Positions 10,654 through 20,555 of a stretch of 64,000 nt of DNA are shown here, piece after piece. The stretch is from Bacillota bacterium. GTDB taxonomy: Bacteria; Bacillota; Bacilli; ZCTH02-B2. The number at the start of each line of letters is the position of its first letter. Positions within the stretch are counted from its first letter, which is position 1. The notes beneath the pieces are model-generated. The model worked only from the letters and a program-made list of their open reading frames with translations. It made no database searches and was not told where the DNA came from. A program made the translations under genes and the position numbers. The stretch covers positions 4,834 through 68,833 of the forward strand of contig PKQY02000004.1 in the NCBI GenBank assembly GCA_017577895.2, in the 5' to 3' direction.

Positions 10654-11858
10654 GTTTGACCCTTCTTCATCAAATGGTGCATGACCAGATCTAACAATTT
10701 GTCCGCCACTTCCTGCTTGCTCATGGTCGGCCATGCTGCCACCAGCCCGTCCTTTCCGTACACCGCCACCCGGTTATTGTCCACATCAAAGCCGATGTCG
10801 CTCTGGGATACGTCATTGGCCACGATAAAATCGGCCCCTTTGCGGAGCAGCTTCTCTCGCGCATATTGCTCGATCTGCTCCGTTTCCGCCGCAAAACCGA
10901 CGATACATTGTTCCGGCCGGCGACGGCGGCCAATTTCCGCCAAAATGTCCGGCGTACGACGCAAACGGACGTTGATTTCGTCCATCGTTTTCTTAATTTT
11001 TTGCTCTGCCACCTGCACAGGCGTGTAGTCAGCCACTGCCGCCGCCTTGATGACGACGTCGGCTTCCGGCAGACGGGCCATGACCGCTTCGTACATTTGT
11101 TCGGCCGTCTCGACGGCCGTCACATCTACGCCCGCCGGCGGACGCATCGAAGTCGGTCCCGTCACCAACAACACCCGCGCCCCCCGCCGTTGGGCAGCGG
11201 CGGCGATGGCGTAACCCATTTTTCCGGACGAGCGATTGCTAAAAAAACGAACCGGATCGAGCGGTTCGCGCGTCGGGCCTGCGGTGACGAGCACGGTCCG
11301 GCCGGACCAGTCCCGCTTTTTCGCCAGCATTGTTTGAATTTTTGCAACGATATCGGCCGGATCCGCCAGCTTTCCTTGCCCTTCGTACCCGCATGCCAGC
11401 AACCCTTCCACCGGATCGATAAATTCCACCCCATGGGCTTTCAAGCGGCGGATGTTTTCCTGCACCGTCCAATGCCGGTACATGTGCACGTTCATGGCCG
11501 GCGCCACCAACACCGGCGCTCGGGTAGCCAAGAACACCGTTGTCAACATGTCGTCCGCCAACCCGCTGGCCATCTTGGCAATGACGTTGGCCGTCGCCGG
11601 CGCCACGACCAGCAGGTCGGCGTTGTCGGCGATGGCCACGTGGGCGACCACGTTCGGGTTGCGCTCATCGAACACGTCGACCAACACGTCGTTCCGTGAC
11701 AACGTTTGAAATGTCATGGGACTGATGAACCGGGTCGCACTTTCCGTCATGATCACTTGCACTTGGGCCCCCAACTTACTGAGGCGGCTGCACAAATCCG
11801 CCGCCTTGTAAGCGGCGATCCCTCCGGTCACCCCAAGCACAATCCGTTTTCCTTCCAT
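10650..11858 (-). CDS. coaBC: Phosphopantothenoylcysteine decarboxylase/synthetase
   Basis: GGIAAYK, PAMNVHM, LACGYEGQG, TAGPTREPLDPVRF, SSGKMG, GFAAET. Confidence 0.97.
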   Translation of the reverse strand: MEGKRIVLGVTGGIAAYKAADLCSRLSKLGAQVQVIMTESATRFISPMTFQTLSRNDVLVDVFDERNPNVVAHVAIADNADLLVVAPATANVIAKMASGLADDMLTTVFLATRAPVLVAPAMNVHMYRHWTVQENIRRLKAHGVEFIDPVEGLLACGYEGQGKLADPADIVAKIQTMLAKKRDWSGRTVLVTAGPTREPLDPVRFFSNRSSGKMGYAIAAAAQRRGARVLLVTGPTSMRPPAGVDVTAVETAEQMYEAVMARLPEADVVIKAAAVADYTPVQVAEQKIKKTMDEINVRLRRTPDILAEIGRRRRPEQCIVGFAAETEQIEQYAREKLLRKGADFIVANDVSQSDIGFDVDNNRVAVYGKDGLVAAWPTMSKQEVADKLLDLVMHHLMKKGQT

Positions 11859-11897
11859 GAACTTCCTCCCTTACGCCGACAAGGGTGGGCCGCCATC

Positions 11898-12125
11898 TTA
11901 CTTACCCGTTTCCTTCTCCATTTCTTCCTTTAGAATATCCTCCACACGAATCGTGCCGCGGGCAATTTCTTCCAAAGCGATTCCGACTTCCTTGCGGGAT
12001 GTGGGATTGTCAATGGTCACCGGCGCGCCATCCTTCAGTTGCCGTGCCCGCTTGGCCGCGGCGGTGACGAGCAAATATTTGCTGCCGACTTTTTCAATTA
12101 ATTTGTCGATTTCCGGAAACAGCAT
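11898..12125 (-). CDS. rpoZ: RNA polymerase omega subunit
   Basis: MLFPEIDKL...[16 protein letters not shown]...ALEEI; gmk-rpoZ-coaBC synteny. Confidence 0.95.
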   Translation of the reverse strand: MLFPEIDKLIEKVGSKYLLVTAAAKRARQLKDGAPVTIDNPTSRKEVGIALEEIARGTIRVEDILKEEMEKETGK

Positions 12126-12751
12126 TCGCTGACACAACCCCTTTCCGTTGGATGGAATAACCGCTTGGAAACGCGCGGCGTTTTATGATGTTCCGCCAAA
12201 ATAATGGCGCGAATTTTCTCGACCGCATCTTCGACCACGTCATTGACCACGGCATAATCATAATGATGGATCATTTGCAATTCTTCCTGGGCCACACCCA
12301 AACGCCGCAAGATGGCCTGTTCATCTTCCGTGCCCCGTTGTTCAATCCGTTCCCGCAACGCGTGTAAACTGGGCGGAAGTAAAAAAATAAACACGCCGCT
12401 CGGAAATTTCTTTTTCACTTGCAAGGCCCCTTGGACCTCAATTTCCAAAATGACGTCTTTGCCTTTCGCCAGCATTTCTTCGACAAACAACCGCGGCGTC
12501 CCATAATAATGTTCGGCGTACTTGGCCCATTCCAGCAGTTGTCCTGCTTCAATCATCGCCTGGAATTGTTCCGGCGTTTTGAAAAAGTAATTGACACCGT
12601 CCTTTTCCCCGGCCCGCGGCGCCCGCGTCGTCACCGACACGGAATAAACGAGCTCGGGCATCCGCTGCCGCAACGCAGCACAAACCGTCCCTTTGCCGAC
12701 GCCGGATGGTCCCGACAGGACAATCAACAAACCTTGTTCGTGCTGTTCCAT
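12098..12751 (-). CDS. gmk: Guanylate kinase
   Basis: [37 protein letters not shown]. Confidence 0.96.
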   Translation of the reverse strand: MEQHEQGLLIVLSGPSGVGKGTVCAALRQRMPELVYSVSVTTRAPRAGEKDGVNYFFKTPEQFQAMIEAGQLLEWAKYAEHYYGTPRLFVEEMLAKGKDVILEIEVQGALQVKKKFPSGVFIFLLPPSLHALRERIEQRGTEDEQAILRRLGVAQEELQMIHHYDYAVVNDVVEDAVEKIRAIILAEHHKTPRVSKRLFHPTERGCVSECCFRKSTN

Positions 12752-12752
12752 T

Positions 12753-13022
12753 TCAGACCTCCGGATCGACGTTTTGATCTTCCTTCGTATTGAGACGATT
12801 GGCGACCGTTTCCGGCTGCACCGCCGACAAAATGACATGGTCGCTGTCCATAATGATAACCGCCCGGGTACGACGGCCGTACGTCGCATCAATCAAACGG
12901 CTGTTGTTTCGGGCTTCCGTGATGATCCGTTTAATCGGAGCCGACTCGGGACTGACGATGGAAATGATGCGATTGGCCGAAACGATATTGCCGAAACCGA
13001 TATTGATCAATTTGATTGACAT
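12753..13022 (-). CDS. remA: Extracellular matrix/biofilm regulator RemA (YlzA)
   Basis: [17 protein letters not shown]...[12 protein letters not shown]...[13 protein letters not shown]; yloC-remA-gmk synteny. Confidence 0.95.
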   Translation of the reverse strand: MSIKLINIGFGNIVSANRIISIVSPESAPIKRIITEARNNSRLIDATYGRRTRAVIIMDSDHVILSAVQPETVANRLNTKEDQNVDPEV

Positions 13023-13072
13023 GGTTACGCCCACCCTCCCATGGCCTGTCATGTCTCGATGCCAAGCGAATT

Positions 13073-13930
13073 TTATTCAACATTTTGAATTTGTTCGCGC
13101 ATCTTGTCAATCTCATCCTTGGTCGCCAGTATCAGCGGATTGAGGGTAGGATCGGGTACTTTGGCCGAAATGGTATGGATTTCCCGACTCATTTCTTGCA
13201 GCAGAAAATCCAATTTTTTCCCGTTCGCACCCATCTCTTCCACAATCCGGGCGAATTGCCAACAATGGCTTTGCAATCGGCTCAGTTCTTCATCCACATT
13301 GGCTTTTTCGGCAAACAACAACAATTCGGCATGGAGCTTCTCTTCCGGTATGTCCACGCCGAGGGCATGCAAACGCTCTTGCAAACGCCGCCGATACCGT
13401 TCCAACAACCGGCCGCTCTCTTGCTGCATTTGCTGGACGTACTCCACTACCCGCGCGTTCCGCGCGCACAGCTCCTTCTGAATGAGCGCCCCTTCCCGCC
13501 GGCGCATCTCATCCCATTGCCGACACGCCTCGGTCAAGGCTTCCAGGAGCGGACGGCTCCAATCGACGTCTTCGGGCACGTCCGTTTGCCACAAGTCCGG
13601 CAAGAGCAGCACGGTCTTTACATCAATGTCGCCGGCCAACTGATAACGTTCCTTTAACGTCCGCAGCAGGTGAATCCACTGTTCCGTCCTTTCCCAATTC
13701 AACGTGGACACCAGTCCGTCCACCGGTTCCCGCTGCACGTACACATCGACTTTTCCGCGAAAAAAATAAGCCTGCAGTTCTTTCCGCACCGGTTGTTCAT
13801 AGGCAAGCCAATGTTTCGGCAAATGAACGGAAATGTCTCGATAGCGATGATTGACTGAGCGGATTTCCACAATGAGCCGCTGACCATTGGCAACTACTTC
13901 TCCCCGCCCATACCCCGTCATGCTTTTCAT
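13073..13930 (-). CDS. yloC: YicC/YloC family endoribonuclease
   Basis: [53 protein letters not shown]; alternative start at 13945. Confidence 0.93.
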   Translation of the reverse strand: MKSMTGYGRGEVVANGQRLIVEIRSVNHRYRDISVHLPKHWLAYEQPVRKELQAYFFRGKVDVYVQREPVDGLVSTLNWERTEQWIHLLRTLKERYQLAGDIDVKTVLLLPDLWQTDVPEDVDWSRPLLEALTEACRQWDEMRRREGALIQKELCARNARVVEYVQQMQQESGRLLERYRRRLQERLHALGVDIPEEKLHAELLLFAEKANVDEELSRLQSHCWQFARIVEEMGANGKKLDFLLQEMSREIHTISAKVPDPTLNPLILATKDEIDKMREQIQNVE

Positions 13931-13951
13931 CGGCTTCACTTCCATTTTTTA

Positions 13952-13980
13952 ATTGTAATCAATTTGTTTTCCATGAACAA
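13952..13980 (-). promoter_or_regulatory. SigA-type promoter for the yloC-remA-gmk operon
   Basis: TTGTTC-N17-TACAAT on the minus strand in an AT-rich gap. Confidence 0.65.
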
Positions 13981-13997
13981 GTACAGCACATTCCATG

Positions 13998-14035
13998 AAA
14001 AATCCTTCCCTCCGGTGCCAGAACCGGAGGGAAAG
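13998..14035 (-). terminator. Intrinsic terminator after yloB
   Basis: Stem TTCCCTCCGGT/ACCGGAGGGAA followed by a T run on the minus strand. Confidence 0.8.
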
Positions 14036-14040
14036 ACCTC

Positions 14041-16779
14041 TCAGCGGGGAAGGACGTTGGTGCGGACCGGCCGGCTGAGGGAAAGCAACCCCGGAATGCC
14101 GGCAATGAACGTCGGGATGGCTGAAGCCAAGAGAACGAGGGCCCATTCCCTCAACGACAGGGCGGTTGTATGGAAAATGGGTTGTAGCCAGTCGACGTAC
14201 ATGACCGCCAACAACATCGCTGTGGAGACGGCCACCGCCAAAACAAGCCACCGGTTTTCCAGCGGATTGCGGTCAAACACGGATCGTTCGCAGCGGCAAT
14301 CGAAGACGTGAATGAGCTGCGCCATGACCAAGGTAGCAAAGGATACGGTCTGTGCCCGCTGCAAGTCATGGGGATGTTCCGAGAGGGTCAGCCAAAAAGC
14401 CCCGACCGTCACGCACCCGATCAACAGCCCGCGACTGACGATTTTCCATCCTAACCCGCGGGCAAAGACGCTTTCCCGAGCATCCCTCGGGGGACGCCGC
14501 ATGACGTTTTCCTCGCTGGTGTCCACTCCTAACGCCATGGCGGGCAAACCGTCGGTGATGAGATTGATCCATAATATATGAATCGGCAACAAGGGCAACG
14601 GCAAGGCCAGCAACATGGCGATGAACATGGTGATAATCTCCCCCACGTTGCTGGCGAGGATGTAGCGGATAAACTTGCGGATGTTTTCGTAAATGCCCCG
14701 CCCTTCTTCCACTGCCGACGCAATCGTCCGAAAATTGTCATCGGCGAGAATGAGGGACGCCGCTTCTTTGGTCACGTCCGTACCGCCCCTGCCCATGGCA
14801 ATGCCGATATCGGCGGCTTTGACCGCCGGTGCGTCGTTGACGCCATCACCGGTCATCGCCACCACCTCGCCTTGGGCTTGCAACGCCTTGACAATGCGCA
14901 ACTTATGTTCCGGTGCCACCCGGGCGTACACGTAGATGTTGGAAATTTTTTTCATTAGCTCCGATTGGCCCATGTTGGACAACTGGGCACCGGTCATCAC
15001 TTCGCCGCCCGGAGGTAAAATGCCCAGTTGCCGGGCAATGGCTTCGGCGGTCGCCTGGTGATCCCCGGTGATCATGACCGTTTTGATGCCCGCTTGCGTA
15101 CACCGGGCGATGGCGTCTTTGACTTCCGGCCGGGGCGGATCCATCATCCCCATCAACCCGACAAAACATAACCCTTGCTCCGCGGCCGTATCATTCTCCG
15201 GCATTTCCCCCGGGGCAAGCTGCCGAAAAGCAAAGCCTAAATTGCGCAACGCGAGCCGAGCCAGCGCTTCGTTGGCCTCCAGAATCCGGCCTTTCTCCCT
15301 CCCATCGAACCGCTGTTTGCGGCCTTGGGCCAGCCAATGGGTGCACCGTTCCAACAACACATCGGGCGCGCCCTTCGACATCAACCAACGGGCGCCGGAC
15401 GAATCTTCGACGACGACCGACATCATTTTGCGCTTCGGATCAAATGGAAATTCCTTGATGCGCCGCCAACCCCTCACCCATTCCTGGGGCAAAAACCCGG
15501 CCTGCAGCGCCGCCAAGAGCAACGCCCCTTCCGTCGGATCCCCTTCCACCGCCCAGTTGCCGTTCGAACGGGCCGCATCCTCTCTCTTGGAAGTGCGTCC
15601 AGCGGTTTTCCGTCTCTCCCCGTTCGGCGATGACTCCACGAGCCGGGCGTTGTTGCACAGACACGCGATCTGCATTAACCACGTTAAACTCCCGGCCGGC
15701 ACCGCATCGATCTCCTTCAACTCCCGGACTTCGCCGTCGCACCAAAGGTGGGTCACCGTCATCCGATTTTGCGTAAGCGTCCCGGTTTTGTCGGAACAGA
15801 TGACCGTCGCCGTGCCCAACGTTTCCACGGCCGGCAACTTGCGGACGATGGCCTGCCGTTTGATCATGCGCTGCACACCGAGGGCCAACACGACGGTCAC
15901 GATGGCGGGCAACCCTTCAGGGATGGCGGCCACCGCCAAGCTGACGCCGGCCAAAACCATCTCGTACAAGCCGTGGCCGTTGACCATGCCCAAGACGACC
16001 ACCATCGCCGTCAAAAAGAGGCAAGCCATGACCAACACTTTTCCCAGATGGGCCAGCCGCTGCTGTAGCGGCGTCACCTCTTCCTCTTCACTTTGCATCA
16101 GATGGGCAATTTTACCCATTTCTGTCGCCATCCCCGTGGCCACCACTACGCCGATGCCTTTCCCTTGAACGACACTGGTGCCCATGTACGCCATGTTCTG
16201 CCGGTCTCCCAACGGCAAATCGGCTTCCGGCAACGGTTCGGCAAATTTGGCCACCGGCAGCGACTCGCCGGTCAACGCCGCTTCTTCTACGTACATGCCT
16301 TCGGTCTTGGCCAAACGGATGTCGGCCGGAATGCGATCACCGCTTTCCAACAAGACGATGTCGCCCGGCACCAAATCCCGGGCTAAAATTTTGTGCCATT
16401 GACCTTCCCGCAAAACACGGCATTCGGGCGCTGTCATTTCCCGCAACGCTTGCAGCGAATGTTCCGCCCGGTACTCTTGCACGAATCCCAAGATGGCATT
16501 GAGCAAAATGATCGCCACAATGGTCAGCGCGTCGGTATACTCGCCCAACAAAGCCGACAGCACGGTGGCGACCAACAACACGATCACCATAAAGTCGCGA
16601 AACTGTCCGACCCATAAAAAAAACGGATGGGAACGCTTTTTTTCCGTCAAGACATTGGCGCCGTATTGCGTCCGGCGTTGTTCCGCCTCCCGCCACTGGA
16701 GCCCGGTTTCCAACTTCGTGTTGTACTGACGCAACACCTCCGCCACCGATTGTTGATACGGGAACGTCTCTTTCTTCAT
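14041..16779 (-). CDS. yloB: Calcium-translocating P-type ATPase (P2A, SERCA-like YloB)
   Basis: TGES, AIPEGLP, phosphorylation motif DKTGTLT, KGAPD, MITGD, TGDGVNDAPA, WINLITDG; position between rqcH and yloC. Confidence 0.93.
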   Translation of the reverse strand: MKKETFPYQQSVAEVLRQYNTKLETGLQWREAEQRRTQYGANVLTEKKRSHPFFLWVGQFRDFMVIVLLVATVLSALLGEYTDALTIVAIILLNAILGFVQEYRAEHSLQALREMTAPECRVLREGQWHKILARDLVPGDIVLLESGDRIPADIRLAKTEGMYVEEAALTGESLPVAKFAEPLPEADLPLGDRQNMAYMGTSVVQGKGIGVVVATGMATEMGKIAHLMQSEEEEVTPLQQRLAHLGKVLVMACLFLTAMVVVLGMVNGHGLYEMVLAGVSLAVAAIPEGLPAIVTVVLALGVQRMIKRQAIVRKLPAVETLGTATVICSDKTGTLTQNRMTVTHLWCDGEVRELKEIDAVPAGSLTWLMQIACLCNNARLVESSPNGERRKTAGRTSKREDAARSNGNWAVEGDPTEGALLLAALQAGFLPQEWVRGWRRIKEFPFDPKRKMMSVVVEDSSGARWLMSKGAPDVLLERCTHWLAQGRKQRFDGREKGRILEANEALARLALRNLGFAFRQLAPGEMPENDTAAEQGLCFVGLMGMMDPPRPEVKDAIARCTQAGIKTVMITGDHQATAEAIARQLGILPPGGEVMTGAQLSNMGQSELMKKISNIYVYARVAPEHKLRIVKALQAQGEVVAMTGDGVNDAPAVKAADIGIAMGRGGTDVTKEAASLILADDNFRTIASAVEEGRGIYENIRKFIRYILASNVGEIITMFIAMLLALPLPLLPIHILWINLITDGLPAMALGVDTSEENVMRRPPRDARESVFARGLGWKIVSRGLLIGCVTVGAFWLTLSEHPHDLQRAQTVSFATLVMAQLIHVFDCRCERSVFDRNPLENRWLVLAVAVSTAMLLAVMYVDWLQPIFHTTALSLREWALVLLASAIPTFIAGIPGLLSLSRPVRTNVLPR

Positions 16780-16824
16780 CCCCTGCCTGCCCTCCTATCA
16801 GCTTGACCACGCTCGTTCTGCTTT

Positions 16825-16853
16825 ACTGTATTCAGCGGGCTCCAAAATCATGC
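16825..16853 (-). promoter_or_regulatory. Putative mother-cell (SigE-like) promoter for yloB
   Basis: GCATGAT-N14-AATACAGT; the same GAATACAGT occurs upstream of spoVD; yloB is sporulation-expressed in B. subtilis. Confidence 0.4.
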
Positions 16854-16859
16854 TATACT
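16831..16859 (+). promoter_or_regulatory. Putative SigA promoter (extended -10) for rqcH
   Basis: TGcTATACT at 16851-16859 with a weak -35 (TTCAGC) 17 bp upstream. Confidence 0.5.
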
Positions 16860-16896
16860 GTTGAAGTGCATTTGATGGACCATCAGGAGGGAAACT

Positions 16897-18606
16897 ATGG
16901 CCTTCGACGGCTTTGTCATGCGGGCGTTGCTGCATGAAATGGAACCGCTCATCGGGGGGAGGGTAATGAAAATTCATCAACCGAGCCCCACCGATGTCGT
17001 TTTGCATATTCGTTCTCAAGGGGAAAACGTTCGGCTGTTTCTCTCAGCCAGCCACACCATCCCCCGGTTTTACCTTCTGGAAGAGCCGCTGGCCAACCCG
17101 GCGCAGCCGCCGCTGTTTTGTATGGTGTTGCGAAAACATTTGGAAGGCGGCACCATCGTCGACATGCAACAAATGGGACTGGATCGGGTGTGCTGGTGGG
17201 ACATCCGCAGCCGCAACGAGCTGGGAGATGTTCAGATCAAACGCCTCGTGTTAGAAGTGATGGGCAAGCACAGCAACTTGATCCTGACCGATTTGGCCAC
17301 CGGAAAAATTTTGGATGCCGTGCACCACGTGCCTGCCGCCGTCAGTCAAGTGCGGCAAGTGTTGCCCGGCTTGCCTTACACCCCTCCCCCGTCGCAAAAC
17401 AAAACCGTGCCGTGGGAATGCGAACGGGATTCGTTTTTCGCCCACATCGACTGGAATCGCGGCAAGCTGGACCAACAGTTGGTGGACACCTTTTTCGGTA
17501 TCGGACCGTCTTTAGCCAAAGAGATCGTCCACCGCGCGGGTTTGCCCACCCGCGAAAACCTGTGGCAAGCATTTACGACGGTCATCGGCCAACTGAAAGA
17601 ACACCGGTACGAACCGGCCGTCTATGGCGACACCGACGACTTTCACGTCATCGAACTGACCCATCGGGCGGGTCCCAAACAAACCTTTTCCTCCGTGAGC
17701 CGCTGCCTGCACGTCTACTACCGGGAAAAAGCGCAGCGGGACCGTCTCCGGCAACAAGCCTTGGATCTGAAAAACTGGCTGCAAAACGAGATCAAAAAAA
17801 ATAAAAAAAAGATCGAAAAACTGACCGCCACTATCCAAGAAGCGGAACAAGCCGACACCTACCGGCTGTACGGCGAACTCATTACGGCCAATTTGCACCG
17901 AATGAAACCGGGCATGAAGGAACTGGAAGCGGAAAATTTTTATGATGCGTCCTTGCCGAAAATCGTCATTCCGCTCGATCCGGCCAAGTCCCCCAGCGAA
18001 AATGCCCAAATGTATTTTAAAAAGTACAACAAAGCAAAAAACGGATTGAAAATGGCCCGGGAACAGCGGCAATTGGCGGAGGAAGAAAACCGATACTTCG
18101 AAACGATCCTGGCCCAATTGCCAATGGCGAACATCCATGAATTGGAAGAAATTCGGGACGAATTGGTGGAGCAAGGGTATTTACGGCCCCGCTCCCGAAG
18201 CCAAAAAAAGAAACTTGAACCGCCCCGCATCGAGCAGTTCAAGTCTTCTGAAGGCATCGATATTCTCGTCGGCAAAAACAACCGGCAAAACGATTACCTG
18301 ACAACCAAACTGGCCCACCGCAACGACACGTGGCTCCACGTCAAAGACATTCCCGGTTCCCATGTCGTCATTCGCGGTCAGCACTTTTCCGAACAGACGT
18401 TAAAGGAAGCGGCCCTGTTGGCAGCCTGGTTCAGCAAAGCCCAGCATTCGTCGCAAGTCCCCGTGGATTACACGTTGGTGCGGCATGTCCACAAACCGAA
18501 CGGCGCCAAGCCCGGTTTCGTCATTTACGAAAAACAGAAGACCATCTATGTCACTCCGACGGAAGAGGCGTTGGAACCGCTCCTCAAAACGCGGCGTCAA
18601 GGTTGA
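16897..18606 (+). CDS. rqcH: Ribosome quality-control factor RqcH (YloA/FbpA, NFACT family)
   Basis: MAFDG start, PPLFCMVLRKHLEG, GLDR, EVMGKHSNLIL, coiled coil, GKNNRQND, WLHVKDIPGSHV, VDYT; SD AGGAGG. Confidence 0.95.
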   Translation: MAFDGFVMRALLHEMEPLIGGRVMKIHQPSPTDVVLHIRSQGENVRLFLSASHTIPRFYLLEEPLANPAQPPLFCMVLRKHLEGGTIVDMQQMGLDRVCWWDIRSRNELGDVQIKRLVLEVMGKHSNLILTDLATGKILDAVHHVPAAVSQVRQVLPGLPYTPPPSQNKTVPWECERDSFFAHIDWNRGKLDQQLVDTFFGIGPSLAKEIVHRAGLPTRENLWQAFTTVIGQLKEHRYEPAVYGDTDDFHVIELTHRAGPKQTFSSVSRCLHVYYREKAQRDRLRQQALDLKNWLQNEIKKNKKKIEKLTATIQEAEQADTYRLYGELITANLHRMKPGMKELEAENFYDASLPKIVIPLDPAKSPSENAQMYFKKYNKAKNGLKMAREQRQLAEEENRYFETILAQLPMANIHELEEIRDELVEQGYLRPRSRSQKKKLEPPRIEQFKSSEGIDILVGKNNRQNDYLTTKLAHRNDTWLHVKDIPGSHVVIRGQHFSEQTLKEAALLAAWFSKAQHSSQVPVDYTLVRHVHKPNGAKPGFVIYEKQKTIYVTPTEEALEPLLKTRRQG

Positions 18607-19496
18607 GGCGCCGCCTTTAACGCGTCGATGAGTTGCCGCATGTCTTCCGGCAATGGACTGTGAAACGTCATGGATTCCCGGGTAACCGGATGGTTGAACG
18701 ACAATTCGGCGGCATGCAACGCCTGCCGCTGAATCCGAGTCGTGTCGCCGCCGTAAAGGGCATCGCCGAAAATGGGATGGCCAATATGCGACAAGTGGAC
18801 CCGAATTTGATGCGTCCGCCCCGTCCACAGCCGCAGACGCACCAAGGTGGCATCGGGCAACCGTTCAACGACTTGATAGGCCGTTTTCGCCGGTTTCCCC
18901 CTCGCATCTACCTGCCGCCGGGGATCCCCCGGCTCCCGCCAAATCGCCCCTTCGATGACGCCTTCCGTTGAGCTTATCGTCCCTTGGACGACCGCCAAAT
19001 ATTGTTTCTCCAATCGTCCGTCTTCCATTTGTTTGGCCAATTGTTGATGGGAAAACGCGTTTTTCGCCACGATGAGCAGCCCGGACGTGTCCCGATCGAG
19101 CCGCTGCACGAGATGAAAGCCGGGGCGTTCCCCCCGCGACAACCAATAGTGGATGATGGCGTTGGCCAGCGTCCCCGACGGATGCCCCTTCGTCGGGTGC
19201 ACCACCACGCCCGGCGGCTTGTCGACGACCATCAACCAATCGTCTTCAAAAACGACCGCCAACGGCATCGGTTCCGGCAGCAAATAATGCGGAAAAGCGG
19301 CCGGAATGCCCAAGGTCAACCGATCACCTGCCGCCACCCGTTCCGTCATATGGGCGGGACGGCCGTTTCGCCACAGTTGCTGCTGCCGTTTCACCGTTTT
19401 AATAAAGCCCCGGGAAACCGGCCAGCGCCGCCGGATGACATCGCGGATCATCATCCCTTCTTCCTCAGCGGCAACCTCGATGTGTAAACGTTGCAA
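18597..19496 (-). CDS. RluA-family pseudouridine synthase
   Basis: DKPPGVVVHP, catalytic QRLDRDTSGL, TGRTHQIRVH, QALHA; TTG start. Confidence 0.92.
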   Translation of the reverse strand: MQRLHIEVAAEEEGMMIRDVIRRRWPVSRGFIKTVKRQQQLWRNGRPAHMTERVAAGDRLTLGIPAAFPHYLLPEPMPLAVVFEDDWLMVVDKPPGVVVHPTKGHPSGTLANAIIHYWLSRGERPGFHLVQRLDRDTSGLLIVAKNAFSHQQLAKQMEDGRLEKQYLAVVQGTISSTEGVIEGAIWREPGDPRRQVDARGKPAKTAYQVVERLPDATLVRLRLWTGRTHQIRVHLSHIGHPIFGDALYGGDTTRIQRQALHAAELSFNHPVTRESMTFHSPLPEDMRQLIDALKAAPQP

Positions 19497-19511
19497 GCGT
19501 CACCACTTCCA

Positions 19512-20555
19512 TCACAGGCGAATTTGAAATTGGAAAAAACCTGCTTTCCGAAACGCTTTCAAGACGACGGCCACGGCGGGCCCCACCAACAAACCCAACA
19601 CGCCCATAAATGAAAAGCCGAGCACCATGCTGAGCAACACGGCCAACGTGCTGATGCCGAGGCTGTCCCCCAGCACTTTCGGCTCAATGATGCGCCGGAG
19701 CAACGTAATGGCGACATAGACGACGATTAAACCGATGCCGAAAAACAATTCGTGTTTAAACAGCGCCCAAACCGCCCACGGGAGCAAAACGAGCCCCGAA
19801 CCGAGAAACGGCAAAAAATCGACGACGGCGATGACTGCAGCAATGGCCAGCGCGTACGGTACCCGGAGCAACAGAAGCCCGACGAACGTCATCGCAAAAA
19901 TGACGACGGCGATCAACACTTGCCCCCGAATATAACCGATGATGCCCCGGTTCAATTCTCGCAAAATGATGTCCAGTTTTTCATGGGATTCCGGGGCGAA
20001 CCATTGGTAAAACTGGGCTTTTAACTGGGGCAGGTGCATGCTGATGAGCACAAATGCCAAAAAAGTTAACAAGGTGAGAATGATCATCCCCGGCAAGGCC
20101 GATGCAAAATTGACAAAAGCCGACGCCGATCGGCCCAACAACACACTGGAATTGCTGAGCCAGTTGGAAAAGCTGCTGGTCACTTGCCTTTGCAGCGTCT
20201 CGAGTGTCTCCGGCGGGATGTACGCCAGCCAATCGGACACCCAGTTTTCCACTTCCGTCAAATAATACGGTGACTTTTCGTAAATGGCAACCAATTCCAC
20301 AAAAATACGCGTGAACGAAAAATAGATGACCAGTCCCAAAAACAACCCCAACCCGCCCAGCACGATCCACGTGGCGGCAATCCGGCTGCGGATGCCCGTT
20401 TTTTGGACTGCCTGAACCAGCGGTTCAATCAATACCGCCAACAGCAAGGCAATGAGAAAGGGCAACAGGTATGGAAAAATGAAATATCCGCCGACGATCA
20501 AGAGCGCGCCCCACAACCATCGCATCCAAGGCGGATTCCAATGGGAATGGTTCAA
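19512..20555 (-). CDS. ytvI: Sporulation integral membrane protein YtvI (AI-2E transporter family)
   Basis: Multi-TM protein; LPFLIALLLAVLIEP, DFLPFLGSGLVLLPW, RRIIEPKVLGDSLGIS, GLLVGP; TTG overlaps the pyrC stop, SD AGGAGG. Confidence 0.85.
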   Translation of the reverse strand: MNHSHWNPPWMRWLWGALLIVGGYFIFPYLLPFLIALLLAVLIEPLVQAVQKTGIRSRIAATWIVLGGLGLFLGLVIYFSFTRIFVELVAIYEKSPYYLTEVENWVSDWLAYIPPETLETLQRQVTSSFSNWLSNSSVLLGRSASAFVNFASALPGMIILTLLTFLAFVLISMHLPQLKAQFYQWFAPESHEKLDIILRELNRGIIGYIRGQVLIAVVIFAMTFVGLLLLRVPYALAIAAVIAVVDFLPFLGSGLVLLPWAVWALFKHELFFGIGLIVVYVAITLLRRIIEPKVLGDSLGISTLAVLLSMVLGFSFMGVLGLLVGPAVAVVLKAFRKAGFFQFQIRL

